NCBI GenBank assembly: GCA_032128875.1
Contig: JAVLKG010000011.1
Span: 1-64,000, forward strand
Length of the DNA stretch: 64,000 nucleotides
Source of the DNA: Candidatus Melainabacteria bacterium 17Bon1m
GTDB lineage: Bacteria > Cyanobacteriota > Vampirovibrionia > Obscuribacterales > Obscuribacteraceae
Reading direction: 5' to 3'
Part shown: piece after piece, positions 1-10,959 of the stretch
Numbering within the stretch: position 1 is the stretch's first letter
How the letters are laid out: every line of letters begins with the position of its first letter
Position numbers and translations under genes: made by a program
The notes under the pieces: generated by a model
Databases searched by the model: none
What the model saw: the letters and a program-made list of their open reading frames with translations, nothing else
What the model was told of the DNA's origin: nothing

Positions 1-294
1 TTTCTCCTCCCAGCACTATTTCCCGACAGTTGTATGTGCGTCCAGCATCACTGTCAAGACCATAGTAAGAGGGGCGATGCCATGCATCGCCCGGTTTCAA
101 AAAGAGATTCAGTTATTCGTGGGGGCGCATTGCATGCGCCCTCATTTTTGAGCGTGGGGCCTTTTGAAAATAATGAAACTCCGCGTCCGCTCCAGCATTA
201 CCTAAACGCTTCCGCTAAGGTGACTGACCCTGCGTTTCTTCCCAAGCAAAAAGGGCGACACTTTCATGCCGCCCCTTGCGAGATCTTTCTTTGC

Positions 295-579
295 TTAGCG
301 AATGCAGTCGTCGAATGAAAGTCCGGCTTGCCGGCACTTCGACATGCACCAGTTGAGCGAAAGCTGCTGTGCAAGCGGGAGATTCTCCGGCGAGCAACGT
401 CCGCGGAATACTTTTGTCAGTAGTGATTCCAATTCGTGCTGGTGAGCTTTTAGTTGTGCAGGCAGTGACAAAGTCCACTGCGAGCCGCCTGACTGAGTCA
501 GGATCTCTTCAAAATAGTGCGGCTGCTGTCTTTGTGGGACAGAAGTCGTCATCGTGTGAGTTAGTGTCGTCGCTGTCAT
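295..579 (-). CDS. Small hypothetical protein (~94 aa)
   Basis: ORF 295..615; likely ATG at 579 (MTATTL); followed by a GC-rich hairpin at ~251-278. Confidence 0.55.
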   Translation of the reverse strand: MTATTLTHTMTTSVPQRQQPHYFEEILTQSGGSQWTLSLPAQLKAHQHELESLLTKVFRGRCSPENLPLAQQLSLNWCMSKCRQAGLSFDDCIR

Positions 580-975
580 TCGGTTACCTGAGCAGAGATG
601 TGGCGCAAATTCCAAAACGCCTGAGCGCTGGTTAGATGTAAATCATCCTGCGTTATCATAACTTTACACTCTTGACAATTGCAAGGCCTATAGGCGCCAC
701 TTCTTGGCAATTTTGAGGATTTTCATGCGGTTTTGCCCACTTAAAATGGTGGTTTCCTGGTAAATGCGTTCGGGATTACCCGATTTCCGTAATAAACCCC
801 GATCAAACCCAGGCAGGCTGCGGGCGTGCTCACTTTACAAAATCCGTCTTTGGTACCAGAAGCCCCGCTGTGGGTACATTCAATACAAGGAAACTCAAAG
901 GATTCAGGGGGAGAGCCCTCAGGTAACAAAGGTTGTGGGCGAGCTGCCTGACAGCTCAGATTCAGCTTTTCGGAG

Positions 976-1512
976 GTGCCATCGATGGCAGAAACGAAGC
1001 GAATGGAATCTAGAGACGCCGGTGCCACGAGCGCAGATCAGTCCGAGAGCAATGTCAGGACAAATCCTGTTTTTATAACTTCCGACCTTGACGCATTGCA
1101 TGTGCGCCGAGTTGTTGCCAGTAACCCCAATACTCCACGTCAAGTTCTGGAGCGTTTGGCCGGTGAAGAGTCTGCGCTGATAAGACGACACGTTGCGCTC
1201 AATCCGAAGACCCCCGTAGAGACTCTGCGTAAGCTTGCTGAGGACCGGGAGACTGATGTTCGCTTGGCTGTGGCTGAAAACGTACATACGCCGCAGGAAA
1301 TTCTTTGCGTGCTTTCAACGGATACGGATATGGATGTTCGTTATGGGGTGGCTGAAAACCCGCATATGCCTGAAGACATTCTGGTTGAGCTGACTCAGGA
1401 CGACAATCCCTATATTCGTTGCCGCGCGCTAAAGACGCTTCAGATGCTGGCTCCGGATGTTCAGACAAGATTGAAGCTGATCATTCAACAACAGCAAGAC
1501 CTGCTGCGCTAA
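976..1512 (+). CDS. HEAT/leucine-rich-variant repeat protein
   Basis: Four to five ~24-aa repeats VRxxVAxNPxTPxExLxxLAxD; GGAGG upstream suggests start at ATG 985. Confidence 0.85.
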   Translation: MPSMAETKRMESRDAGATSADQSESNVRTNPVFITSDLDALHVRRVVASNPNTPRQVLERLAGEESALIRRHVALNPKTPVETLRKLAEDRETDVRLAVAENVHTPQEILCVLSTDTDMDVRYGVAENPHMPEDILVELTQDDNPYIRCRALKTLQMLAPDVQTRLKLIIQQQQDLLR

Positions 1513-1710
1513 CCGTTTTAGACTAACGCAGGGGGTGACGCGAAGCGTCTACCCTTTTTGCATCTGCCGGCGCCCTGCGTTGGCGCTTTGTATCGGTCAC
1601 GCATGGCGTCCACCTACATTATGTAAAAGCGAAAGGGCGGCGCTTGATGCACCGCCCTCATACCATTTTGTTATCGAAGGGCACATGTAGTGCGCCCCAC
1701 GAATCTTTGA

Positions 1711-2412
1711 CTATCTGGAAGGCTCTTCTTCGCGTAATACGTAGCCTTCGCCGCGTACTGTTTGAATGAGGCGCTTGGTGTTGCCATCTTCCAGTTTTGA
1801 ACGGAGATAACGTATATACACTTCGATGACGTTGGATTCGCCGATGAAGTCGTATCCCCAGACCTTATCGAAAATGAATTCTCTAGAGAGAACTTGCTCA
1901 GGGTATTGCATGAAGAGTCTGAGCAGGTCAAACTCTTTAGCTCTCAGATCAAGCTGCTTTTCGCCACGCTTGACGATACGGTTGAGCTGGTCCATCCAGA
2001 GGTCTGAATAGGTGAGGATGCCTTCTTGGGGCTTCCGTCTCATGACTGCTCTGATCCGAGCAAGTAATTCTTCTGTAGCGAACGGTTTGGTCAGGTAGTC
2101 GTCAGCGCCGCTGTCGAGACCTTGTACACGATCGCCTACGCCGTCCTTAGCTGTGAGCATGATGACCGGCACTTTCGACATTGCTCGCAGTCTCTTGCAA
2201 ACTTCAATGCCGTCAAGTCCGGGGAGCATTACGTCCAGCAGTACCAGGTCCGGTTGATCCTTCTTGAAGAGGTCAATGCCCTGATTGCCTTCGTGAGCCA
2301 CGGAGACTTGATAACCTTCGTAGCCGAGCTCGAGTTCGATCAATCGAGCGATATTCACATCATCTTCAATGATGAGGATTTTCAACGAACTTACCTCGCT
2401 GCCTACTGCCAC
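1711..2412 (-). CDS. OmpR/PhoB-family response regulator
   Basis: REC motifs IIEDD, LLDVMLP, MLTAK, DDYLTKPF; winged-helix tail VIEVYIRYLRSKL...IQTVRGEGY. Confidence 0.95.
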   Translation of the reverse strand: MAVGSEVSSLKILIIEDDVNIARLIELELGYEGYQVSVAHEGNQGIDLFKKDQPDLVLLDVMLPGLDGIEVCKRLRAMSKVPVIMLTAKDGVGDRVQGLDSGADDYLTKPFATEELLARIRAVMRRKPQEGILTYSDLWMDQLNRIVKRGEKQLDLRAKEFDLLRLFMQYPEQVLSREFIFDKVWGYDFIGESNVIEVYIRYLRSKLEDGNTKRLIQTVRGEGYVLREEEPSR

Positions 2413-2746
2413 GTTTCCTTAACCTCCGTTCAATTCTGCTTTATTCTAATCTATTTGTCTGACGCTTGTGAATCGTAATAAGCCTGACAGAGCAACCTTT
2501 TTCGGGTTCAGATCAGAAAATTGCGAGTTATCTGACGCAAGTCATACGACCGCCTCGCCATTAATTGCTTAACGAATCTAGCAGGTGTTTAATGTTCAGG
2601 AAAGGGGTTAGTTATCAGTATGTGGAAATTTGTAATCTACGTATACTGATACGGGTTTTCAAGCGGTACCTTTTGGTAACCTGCAGTCAAGACCAAAAGT
2701 GCCGCGCCCCAAAATTACATTCCCCGATTTTTGAAAATCGCTCTCT

Positions 2747-4462
2747 ATGGAAACCGATCGTCACGTGAAAGAAACCGGAGACGAGGAGACGAAAGAAAGT
2801 TCGGAACCCGACGGTCGGTCCGATAATGTTGATCAACTTTTTCCAATTGACTCTCAATGTCTGGCAAAACTTGCGCAGGGAAGCTCCGTTTTAATCGCTT
2901 CGCTTCTTGCGATACCAGATGCGGTGGCACTAATTCCGGGGGCTACATCCCCATTGGGATGGTTATTGCGCTTGATTGGCGTTTGGATTTCGGCTGCCGT
3001 GCTCTGGTTTGTAGGCTTCCTGGGCATACTTCAAGCTGTTCGGTTTATAGTCCGCGGCGTGTCAGTTGGTCCAACTGGGGTAAAGCTCTGGCGTTTGGCA
3101 AAGCCTATTCCGTGGGAGAAGCTGGAAGCCGTTGCTATTGAGCCGCAGATTGTGTTTTCCAAGCTGTTCTCCCTGGACACCACTGCGCGTAAATTGACGA
3201 TTTACTCGAGGTTTTCTTCTGAGAAAAAAATCTTCGAAAAGATACTAGTACCGCAGCCGGTGCCATCGTTTTTTTTCAAGCCTGATGTCTTTGAAAAAAT
3301 GGTCCGCTCGATCATTTATCGAAAGTTTGATCTCAACCCCGATTCAGTGAATGGCATTTTTGCGTTTCCGCGAACACAAGCGCCCCTAAAGACGACCTAC
3401 AAAGCATTACGCTACCAGCAGATTCTTGTGACGATACTAATCGCTATCGGTCTGGTCGGTCTCTTAGGCAGAAAAGCTGCAGTGAATTACGTTTATAACT
3501 CCGGAAATCACGCACTTGCCGCAAGTAACCTGGTGGAAGCAGAACGTCTTTACCGCCTGGCTACAGAGATCGATCCGTGGTTTTATGCTCCGTTCAATAA
3601 TCTTGCCAATGTGGAATTTCGGCGCGGCGAATTTTCCCAGGCAATCGAACACTGGGAAAAGGCGCTCCGTCTGAAACCCGACTATGTCGAACCCATGATT
3701 TCAATATCCTATCTGCACTTGCAAAAGGGCGAATATGTTAAGGCGAAAGGGCTTATTAATTCCGCACTGCTTTTGGCTCCGCTGAATTCTCACGCAATGG
3801 TCAATCGCGCCGATTATTTCCTGCGCATGGGCAATCTGAAGTCTGCAATGTCTGATGCAACCAGTGTGATTGCAAAAGAAGAAAAGGAGAAGCGACCTGT
3901 ATACACCGCGCAGTGCATTCTTGCCGCTGGACTTATTCGTTCGGGCAAACCCAAAGACGGTTTGAAAAAGCTAGATACTTTTGCGAAAAACTTCAATGAC
4001 CGTGAGTTCAACAGGACACTTTGGTTGCTAGTGAAGTCGGATGCGCTTATGACCCTGGGTGATTTGAAGGCAGCACGACGCACGGCTTTGGAAGCGCAAA
4101 GACGTGCCGGCGACAGCCGGGATATTTTGATTCAACTCGCGCGCATCAGCCTCGCCAGAAAGAACGCAGCAGAAGCGGAAGGATACATTGAGCGCCTGTC
4201 AATATTTGGTCCTGACGACCCATGGGTAAATTTTCTGAAAGCAAACTTGTCGCACATCAATGGCGACGATAAGAAGGCTGAGCGCTCTCTGGAAAGAGCG
4301 ATGCAGTTGTCGCATGATGACGCCTTTTTGTACGCGGAGGCGGGTTGGCTATTTCATTCTATGAATGAAGACGAGCGGGCGCGTGACGCGGCTAAAAGGG
4401 CACTGGAACTAGAGCCTCTGACTGACTCGGCTCTCAAACTTTTGGATGCTGTTAGGACTTAA
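2747..4462 (+). CDS. Membrane-anchored TPR protein
   Basis: N-terminal hydrophobic segments, then TPR motifs (NNLANVEFRRGEFSQAIEHWEKALRLKPDY). Confidence 0.8.
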   Translation: METDRHVKETGDEETKESSEPDGRSDNVDQLFPIDSQCLAKLAQGSSVLIASLLAIPDAVALIPGATSPLGWLLRLIGVWISAAVLWFVGFLGILQAVRFIVRGVSVGPTGVKLWRLAKPIPWEKLEAVAIEPQIVFSKLFSLDTTARKLTIYSRFSSEKKIFEKILVPQPVPSFFFKPDVFEKMVRSIIYRKFDLNPDSVNGIFAFPRTQAPLKTTYKALRYQQILVTILIAIGLVGLLGRKAAVNYVYNSGNHALAASNLVEAERLYRLATEIDPWFYAPFNNLANVEFRRGEFSQAIEHWEKALRLKPDYVEPMISISYLHLQKGEYVKAKGLINSALLLAPLNSHAMVNRADYFLRMGNLKSAMSDATSVIAKEEKEKRPVYTAQCILAAGLIRSGKPKDGLKKLDTFAKNFNDREFNRTLWLLVKSDALMTLGDLKAARRTALEAQRRAGDSRDILIQLARISLARKNAAEAEGYIERLSIFGPDDPWVNFLKANLSHINGDDKKAERSLERAMQLSHDDAFLYAEAGWLFHSMNEDERARDAAKRALELEPLTDSALKLLDAVRT

Positions 4463-5648
4463 TCTGTCCTGCTTTGAGCATGCGTATGGTGACTGTTGTG
4501 CCCTTGCCTTGTTCGCTTGAGCAGCTGATTTCGCCTCCATGTGCTTCGACAATTTGTCGGCATACATATAAGCCGACGCCACTTCCATTCGAGTGTCGCA
4601 TGGTGTCATTGGCATTCCAGAAGCGTTGGAATAGTTTGCTCTGCTCGCTGTCGCTGATGCCTTTGCCTGTGTCCTTTACCTCTATGTAGAGCCAGTTGCC
4701 TTCGCACCTACACGTAAGTGTGACGACACCTTCGGCAAAGGAAAACTTGATTGCGTTGTGGATGAGATTGCTAATCGCTTTTTTGAACATCGTGCCGTCT
4801 AGCCAAATCGGGTCAGATAGTTCTGAGTGAAACTCCACGCGCACATTGTTCTGACTGGCGCAATATGCCCAGTCTTGTATTGCTTGCCTTATGAGCTGAT
4901 TGAGATCAGTTGGAGTGGCTAGAATCTTTTGACCATTTTGCTCGATTCTGTATAGATGGACGAGATTTTGCAACATATGCAGAATCTCGTGATTGCTTTG
5001 TTTGACTTTGAGAAGCAAGTCTTTCTGCTCGCTGTTGAGAGGTCCTAATGTCTCTGCGACCAACAAATCAAATGCTCGCATTGCGCCAATGTGGGGGACG
5101 CGTAAGTCGTTTGCCAAAGTGAAAATCAAATCTTCGCGCTCTTCTGCTGCGCGCACACGGGCTCTGCGCTCGGCTCTGCGCCTTTCAACTGCATATCTTA
5201 TAGAACGAATGAGCAAGTCTCCTGAAACGCTGTCTTTGATCAAATAGTCTTGCGCACCTTTTTGCAGAGCTTCAAGTGCTGTGTCTTTGTCGTCTAAACC
5301 GGTCAAGACAATAATGGGCGCCTGGGGAGAATGAGAAAGAACGCGGGTAACGCTATTGGTTGATGATGCGTCCGGAAGGCTCAGGTCGAGCAATACCACA
5401 TCGAAGCTTTCCTGCGCCAGGAATGCCAAACCATCGCGAAGCTTGCACGCATGGGAAATCTCAACGGCGGCATATGTGTCTTGAATCTTCAAGACTTCTT
5501 CAATGAAAATAGCATCGTCAGGATTGTCTTCGATGAGAAGCAATCGAATGCATTGAGTTGATCGGGACATCTTCGCTGTTTCAGTATGCAAGCCAGTACC
5601 CTCCACTACGATCTTAGAGGGTGCCCCTGATTCCGGTAATTCTCCCAA
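4452..5648 (-). CDS. Hybrid REC-HisKA-HATPase signalling protein (H-box His replaced by Asn)
   Basis: REC (LIEDNPDD, LLDLSLPD, QDYLIK); N box NLIHNAIKF; G1 DTGKGI; G2 GSGVGL; H-box reads LANDLRVP; start may be near 5570. Confidence 0.9.
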   Translation of the reverse strand: MGELPESGAPSKIVVEGTGLHTETAKMSRSTQCIRLLLIEDNPDDAIFIEEVLKIQDTYAAVEISHACKLRDGLAFLAQESFDVVLLDLSLPDASSTNSVTRVLSHSPQAPIIVLTGLDDKDTALEALQKGAQDYLIKDSVSGDLLIRSIRYAVERRRAERRARVRAAEEREDLIFTLANDLRVPHIGAMRAFDLLVAETLGPLNSEQKDLLLKVKQSNHEILHMLQNLVHLYRIEQNGQKILATPTDLNQLIRQAIQDWAYCASQNNVRVEFHSELSDPIWLDGTMFKKAISNLIHNAIKFSFAEGVVTLTCRCEGNWLYIEVKDTGKGISDSEQSKLFQRFWNANDTMRHSNGSGVGLYVCRQIVEAHGGEISCSSEQGKGTTVTIRMLKAGQIKS

Positions 5649-5731
5649 AGTGTGGTTTATCTGCTCACCTTAATTGGTGATTCCACCTCACACTCTCTTC
5701 GAGCCTCGAATGAGTTCGGGCACAAGAGCTT

Positions 5732-6208
5732 TCAGCGCCCGAGATACTTTAGCTTCTTGTCCGCTGGCATCGTCTTTCCGAAGCATCCGACTGTCCATGT
5801 GTACATTACGTCGGCCATTTTCATTTCTTCTTCAAATTCCTGCCACAGTCTTTTCTGCTGGTCGTCCCGCTCCATGTAGCTTTCGAAGGTAAGCATCTCC
5901 AGCTCCAGGAAAGCTTTGTGCCATTCTGTGACCTGCTGCAACGCCAGGTTGACCTCCATTACGACTTCAAGTTGTTTGTCCTTCGTCCAGGTCGCAGTTA
6001 GCTTGGTTTCCAGATGCCGAGGGCTGGTCGAGAAGAATGTCTTGTAGAACGCCCCGCGCCTGGCTAGATGCATGTGGTCATCGGTAAGGATGAATTGGAA
6101 GCCGCGTTCTTGCCAAAATTTCTTCAGCTGAAATCGTCTTGCTTCGTCAAATGACGGCAATTTCAAATCTGTTCCGACTAGGAATTTAGAAGTATCGTCG
6201 CGCGGCAT
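5732..6208 (-). CDS. Hypothetical protein
   Basis: ORF 5732..6304; likely ATG 6208 (MPRDD) overlapping the end of the upstream gene. Confidence 0.55.
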   Translation of the reverse strand: MPRDDTSKFLVGTDLKLPSFDEARRFQLKKFWQERGFQFILTDDHMHLARRGAFYKTFFSTSPRHLETKLTATWTKDKQLEVVMEVNLALQQVTEWHKAFLELEMLTFESYMERDDQQKRLWQEFEEEMKMADVMYTWTVGCFGKTMPADKKLKYLGR

Positions 6209-7520
6209 TGGAATTGAGAATGTTGTAGTCGAAAGTGAACTGAATGGTGACTGCTTTCCCTTTGAAGTCCTGTGGCAGCGCAGTGAATGGGGCTGCTTCC
6301 TCAACTGCCTTTATCCCGCCTTCATCTGCTTCTTTGGTTCCTGATGTTCTAAGGACAGATAGTTTCTTTATACTGCCATCGCGGTTGATTTTAAACTTCA
6401 CAATTAAGCGATTAGGCAGTGTCTCTTTAGGCAGATCCCATTTCGCCTTGATTTTCTTTTGGAGTTTACTCATGTATTCTCCAAAGTCTGGTCCTTTTTT
6501 CGCTGGTGGAACGACCGCTCTTACAAATGTGATCGGTCTGTCCTCAAGTTCTTTGACTCGGACTTCTAGTTTTTTCGCATCTGCTTCTCGCCCGACATTC
6601 TCCAAAAGGGCTATATGGCTTTTTAGGACAGCTATTGCGTTTTTACATTCGCTGGGTGGCTTGCTCCCAGTGAATGTTTCAGCTCTAGTGTAATGTTTGT
6701 CGGCTGCCTCTATCTCTCCGTCTAGGTACTCGCAGTAGGCGAGATTTGCAAAATTAGTTGCTCTGTAATCTTCAGTCTCATCAGCGTTTTCGCTAGCGTT
6801 GATATCTTCGTCGTCCTCTATATCTTCTTCTATATCTTTCACGGACTTTTCGAAACATTCACGCGCCGCCGACAATTTCCCTTGTTTTGCATAAGCAATT
6901 CCTAGGGCCTCTCTTGCTTTTAAGCCTTCAACGGTAGTCTTGTCCAGTGTTTGCGAAAAGACGAGATTGAATTTTTCAGCCGCATCGTCGTATCGTCCAT
7001 CACGCAAGTACAGATATCCAAGACCCATATGGGGTGCGAAATTTTCAGAAGCGCCCTTGTCGCGCAAAACTCGATATAGTTCCAGAGATTGAGCATATTG
7101 TGCTTCTGCAGATTTTGTTCTTCCGCTTAAAAATAGGCATTCTGCCATTTGGCACGAGAGAAGCATTTGGATTTTGCTTTTATCTTTGCTGTTCTCTGCT
7201 TCCTTCAGTGCGTGGCTATACAGTATTCGTGCATCTTCAAATCGGCCCTCCGCTTTAGCCAGCCCAGCCTTGTCGAGTAACCTCTCCAACTCTGTGTTTG
7301 GCTTAACTTCCATTGGGTGGACGAAAAACTTTCTTTCAATCGTTACCATCGGAATGATCAGCTGCGGTTTGGATTGGCTTTCAGGCTGAGCTGAGGATGA
7401 TTGGCACAACGAGGCAATTATCGTTACCACGAGTGATGATGCCTGAAGCATTTGAAAAACTGGAAGGATCGATTCTTTTTTCATCAATGCGGAAGTCCAA
7501 AAATGAAGTACGTAAGGCAC
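6186..7520 (-). CDS. TPR + TonB/TolA C-terminal domain protein
   Basis: Signal-like N-terminus, TPR helices, C-terminal YMSKLQKKIKAKW...VKFKINRDG...SG...AAPF...IQFTFDY; true start probably downstream of 7520. Confidence 0.85.
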   Translation of the reverse strand: MPYVLHFWTSALMKKESILPVFQMLQASSLVVTIIASLCQSSSAQPESQSKPQLIIPMVTIERKFFVHPMEVKPNTELERLLDKAGLAKAEGRFEDARILYSHALKEAENSKDKSKIQMLLSCQMAECLFLSGRTKSAEAQYAQSLELYRVLRDKGASENFAPHMGLGYLYLRDGRYDDAAEKFNLVFSQTLDKTTVEGLKAREALGIAYAKQGKLSAARECFEKSVKDIEEDIEDDEDINASENADETEDYRATNFANLAYCEYLDGEIEAADKHYTRAETFTGSKPPSECKNAIAVLKSHIALLENVGREADAKKLEVRVKELEDRPITFVRAVVPPAKKGPDFGEYMSKLQKKIKAKWDLPKETLPNRLIVKFKINRDGSIKKLSVLRTSGTKEADEGGIKAVEEAAPFTALPQDFKGKAVTIQFTFDYNILNSNAARRYF

Positions 7521-8878
7521 ATCAGGCTGAGAATCACAGAGCCGGAATTGATGTCCTTCCAGCGGCCCGTGCCGATTTTGATAACAGTGTATAGAACGAG
7601 CCCGGCAGTTAATCCATTGGCGATGTTGTAAGTGAAAATCATCATGGCGATGGTGGCAAGCGCTGGTGTCGACTCCGTCAGGTCGTCCATATCAATGCGC
7701 GTGATTGAGCTAAGCATCAGCAATCCGACCGCCATGAGCGCTGGTGCATAGGCATACTTGAGATGCTGCAGCGGTGTAAGCAAAGGAATGAAAAATAGGC
7801 AGCATGCGAATAGCGCGCCTGTGACTAGGGTTGCGAAGCCCGTGCGTGCTCCTTCTCGCACCCCTGCTGCAGACTCTATATATGCACCGCTAGTGGACGA
7901 GCCGATGAGTGAGCTGAAGATGCACGAGATTGCATCGACGATCATGGGTTTTTCAACATCTACAAAATTGCCTTCCTTGTCGAGCATGTTGCCCGCCGCG
8001 CCCACTCCGACGAGGGTTCCGAGCGTATCAAGAAAGCCCATTAGAAAGAGCGTCAGAAGAATAGGTAAGTGTTTGATGGTTAGAACACCAAGAATGTCGA
8101 GCTTGAATGCAATTGGAGATAGGTCATAAGGAGCGACGAATGGCACGCCGAAAATCGCTTGAGGAGCCATTCCAAATCCGCAGATAAATCCAATGACGGC
8201 AGTAATGACCATGCCGATCAGAATCGCGCCTTTCACTCTCCTGTACAAAAGGCAGACTATGACCAGAAATCCGAATATAGAAAGAAGCACTTGCGGATCA
8301 TGCAGATCGCCGAGTTTTAGCGGTACATCGGGATTGCGCAAAATGCCGGTGCCCGGGGTCAATAGCACCGATGCGGGCATTCCTTTTGCAGCGCTCGCGA
8401 TGATGCCTGTTTCGTACAGCCCGATGAGAGTGAGAAAGAGACCGATGCCGCAGGCAAAACTGTGTTTCATGCTGGGCGAAATCGAGTTGGCTAACCACGG
8501 TCGGATTCTTGCCAGGGAGAGAAGCAGAAATGCAATACCACTGACGAAAACGGCGCCCAATCGCGTTTCCCACCCGAGCGCCATGGCGGCCAAGCCGAAA
8601 GCGATGAAAGCGTTTTCTCCCATGTAAGGCGCAACCGCAAGTGGGCGGTTGGCGTAAAGTCCCATGAGAAAACAGCCGAATACTGCCGTCACTATCGTGG
8701 CGACGGTGGACGGCTCGACTGGAAAACCGGCGAAAGAGAGGATAGCTGGATTGACGACGATGATGTACGCCATCGTCATGAAAGTGGTAGCGCCGCCGAG
8801 AAATTCTGTGCGAATTGATGAACCACGCTCGGTAATCGAGAAACGTTTGTCCAAGAAATCGGTCAGCGACGCTGCCAT
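7484..8878 (-). CDS. NCS2/AzgA-like nucleobase (purine) permease
   Basis: TEFLGGATTFMTMAYIIVVNP, LDTLGTL, YIESAAGVREGARTG; many TM segments. Confidence 0.92.
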   Translation of the reverse strand: MAASLTDFLDKRFSITERGSSIRTEFLGGATTFMTMAYIIVVNPAILSFAGFPVEPSTVATIVTAVFGCFLMGLYANRPLAVAPYMGENAFIAFGLAAMALGWETRLGAVFVSGIAFLLLSLARIRPWLANSISPSMKHSFACGIGLFLTLIGLYETGIIASAAKGMPASVLLTPGTGILRNPDVPLKLGDLHDPQVLLSIFGFLVIVCLLYRRVKGAILIGMVITAVIGFICGFGMAPQAIFGVPFVAPYDLSPIAFKLDILGVLTIKHLPILLTLFLMGFLDTLGTLVGVGAAGNMLDKEGNFVDVEKPMIVDAISCIFSSLIGSSTSGAYIESAAGVREGARTGFATLVTGALFACCLFFIPLLTPLQHLKYAYAPALMAVGLLMLSSITRIDMDDLTESTPALATIAMMIFTYNIANGLTAGLVLYTVIKIGTGRWKDINSGSVILSLMCLTYFIFGLPH

Positions 8879-8880
8879 TA

Positions 8881-9891
8881 TTAGAGGAGGTTCTTAGCTG
8901 TCGCCCAGGCTATCTCTGCACGGATTCCTTCACGCAGACCGGTTCTTTGCTGGAACCCGGTTGCACTGACTAGCTTATTGACCGAGCAAGTTGTCGTTGT
9001 GGTCAGCTTGTTTACTTGTTCGGAAGTGACGGGCGCCTTTTCCTTCATCAGCAATTCGGCAGCTTTGACGCCAAATCTGAGAAGAGGCTCCGGCATGGAA
9101 GAAACTTTCTTTGGAATGCCCAAGCAGTCTTGGATAGTGTCGACCAGTTCTTTGACTGTCGACGGTTTTGGATTGGCGACGTTGAAGCAGTGGTAGCCTT
9201 CCGGCAGTCCCATCACGAGCGTGATGGCTTCTGCCAAATCTCTGGAATAGATAAGACTCTTCTCTGTGGTTCCGCCGCCAATTTGAACAAATCGCCCGGC
9301 CTTGATCTCTTTGATCATCGTCAAAAGATTGCCGCGATCACCTTCTCCATAAACTAGAGCGGGGCGCAACGTGACGGTGCGTGGGATGTTGCGGAACATC
9401 TCCAGGAACTTCTCACTAGTAACTTTTGATACTGCATATGGTGTCTTGGCTTGGAGGGCTCCATTTTCTTCAATGTTGTTGAAGGGGCCCAATCCATAAA
9501 TTGCCGATGTGCTCAGGAAAATAAAAGTGTTGACGCCGTTTGAAGCTGCAGCTTCCGCCAGCGATTGCGTGGCGCGAACATTCATCACTTCATATTCTTG
9601 GTAGGGTGCATCCGGGCGGTGAACCAGACCGGCGCAGTGAATGATGGTGTGGCAGTCTTTCGTCAGCATGCGCATTTCGCGCTCGCCGGTGCGCGTGAAG
9701 TCTGCCTCTCTAATTAGGACCTGGGTGACGTCGCAGACCTCGCCTAGAATCGCTCGAGTGTCCTGCGGACTGCGCGCTTGTGCTCGAATGTCCCATTCCG
9801 GTGATGCAGACAAAGCCTGGACTACCGTCCTGCCGATCATGCCTGATGCGCCCGTTACTAGTACCGTTTTCCGTTGACCAGTGAAACCCAT
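8881..9891 (-). CDS. NAD-dependent epimerase/dehydratase (extended SDR)
   Basis: TGASGMIG, STSAIYG, YAVSK (YxxxK), LRPALVYG. Confidence 0.9.
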   Translation of the reverse strand: MGFTGQRKTVLVTGASGMIGRTVVQALSASPEWDIRAQARSPQDTRAILGEVCDVTQVLIREADFTRTGEREMRMLTKDCHTIIHCAGLVHRPDAPYQEYEVMNVRATQSLAEAAASNGVNTFIFLSTSAIYGLGPFNNIEENGALQAKTPYAVSKVTSEKFLEMFRNIPRTVTLRPALVYGEGDRGNLLTMIKEIKAGRFVQIGGGTTEKSLIYSRDLAEAITLVMGLPEGYHCFNVANPKPSTVKELVDTIQDCLGIPKKVSSMPEPLLRFGVKAAELLMKEKAPVTSEQVNKLTTTTTCSVNKLVSATGFQQRTGLREGIRAEIAWATAKNLL

Positions 9892-9979
9892 TTCTATAAG
9901 TTGCCTGAATGAATGAGAGGTTGCCTTTAATAAAGTCGCTTTGCGGGGGTGGTTTTCAATATGCTGCTAGCTATATGCC

Positions 9980-10870
9980 TCAATGCACTCGCCTTGGCAC
10001 CAGCCCGCGCACGAGATTTACAAGTATAAACAGCAAAGCCCGCGCCCAGATTGCAGCATACACGAAGGCATTAAAGATTGGCGAGTGGTTTGCCGCCAAG
10101 TGCTTCCGGTAGAAGACTTCCATGCCTTTGTGAAGGTTTATTGTAGCGCCCACGGGACGCAGTCTGCTGGACGCTCCATGAACGTGATAAATGACCGAGG
10201 AAGGGAGGTAAAAAACCGACCAGCCCGCCTGTTTGATGCGCCAGCACCAGTCGATATCCTCGCCGAACATGAATATGTCCTCATCGAGCAGCCCGATTTT
10301 GTCTATCGCTTGACGACGAACCATCATGCAAGAGCCGGAAAGTGCATCAACCTCCACAGTCTTGTCAGGATCTTGGAAAGTAAGGTTGTACTCCGACATT
10401 GTTTTACTTTTGGGAAACAAGCGGCTCAGGTAAGTAATGCGGAAGAAAGCCGCCTTTACGGAAGGAAACGAGCGGCGGCAGGCTAGCTGCAAGGTGCCGT
10501 CTGTGTTGAGAACCTTCGGACCGACGGCGCCGCACTCTGGGTGGTCTTTCAGGAAATCGGCGAGTTTGCCGATAGCCCCATCTTTGACTTCTGTGTCCGG
10601 GTTGAGCAGCAAGACATAGTCGCCCTTGCTCTCTGGGATGGCTTGGTTGCAGGCTTTGGAGAACCCGAGATTGTCTTTGTTTTCAATCAGCTTGACGTAA
10701 GAGTAGCGAGATTTCAGCATCTCGACCGACTCGTCGCCGGAATCGTTATCCACCACCCAGACTTCAAAGTCGTCGGCCTGTGGCTCGAGCTTTATTGAAT
10801 CAAGGCACCGCGCCAAGAGCGCCGGGGTTTTCCAGTTAACGATGACGACAGAGACGCTCGGATTTGGCAT
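9980..10870 (-). CDS. GT2 glycosyltransferase (WbbL-like)
   Basis: VVDNDSGD, NLGFSKACN, LLLNPDT, SGSCMMVRR, FMFGEDIDWC. Confidence 0.9.
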   Translation of the reverse strand: MPNPSVSVVIVNWKTPALLARCLDSIKLEPQADDFEVWVVDNDSGDESVEMLKSRYSYVKLIENKDNLGFSKACNQAIPESKGDYVLLLNPDTEVKDGAIGKLADFLKDHPECGAVGPKVLNTDGTLQLACRRSFPSVKAAFFRITYLSRLFPKSKTMSEYNLTFQDPDKTVEVDALSGSCMMVRRQAIDKIGLLDEDIFMFGEDIDWCWRIKQAGWSVFYLPSSVIYHVHGASSRLRPVGATINLHKGMEVFYRKHLAANHSPIFNAFVYAAIWARALLFILVNLVRGLVPRRVH

Positions 10871-10959
10871 GGCGTAATTATATTATGGTCCATTGTTTGA
10901 TACGTACGGGCGGCTCACAAGCCGCCCTGGCATGGAGCCGCATGCGGCTCCCTTACGTT

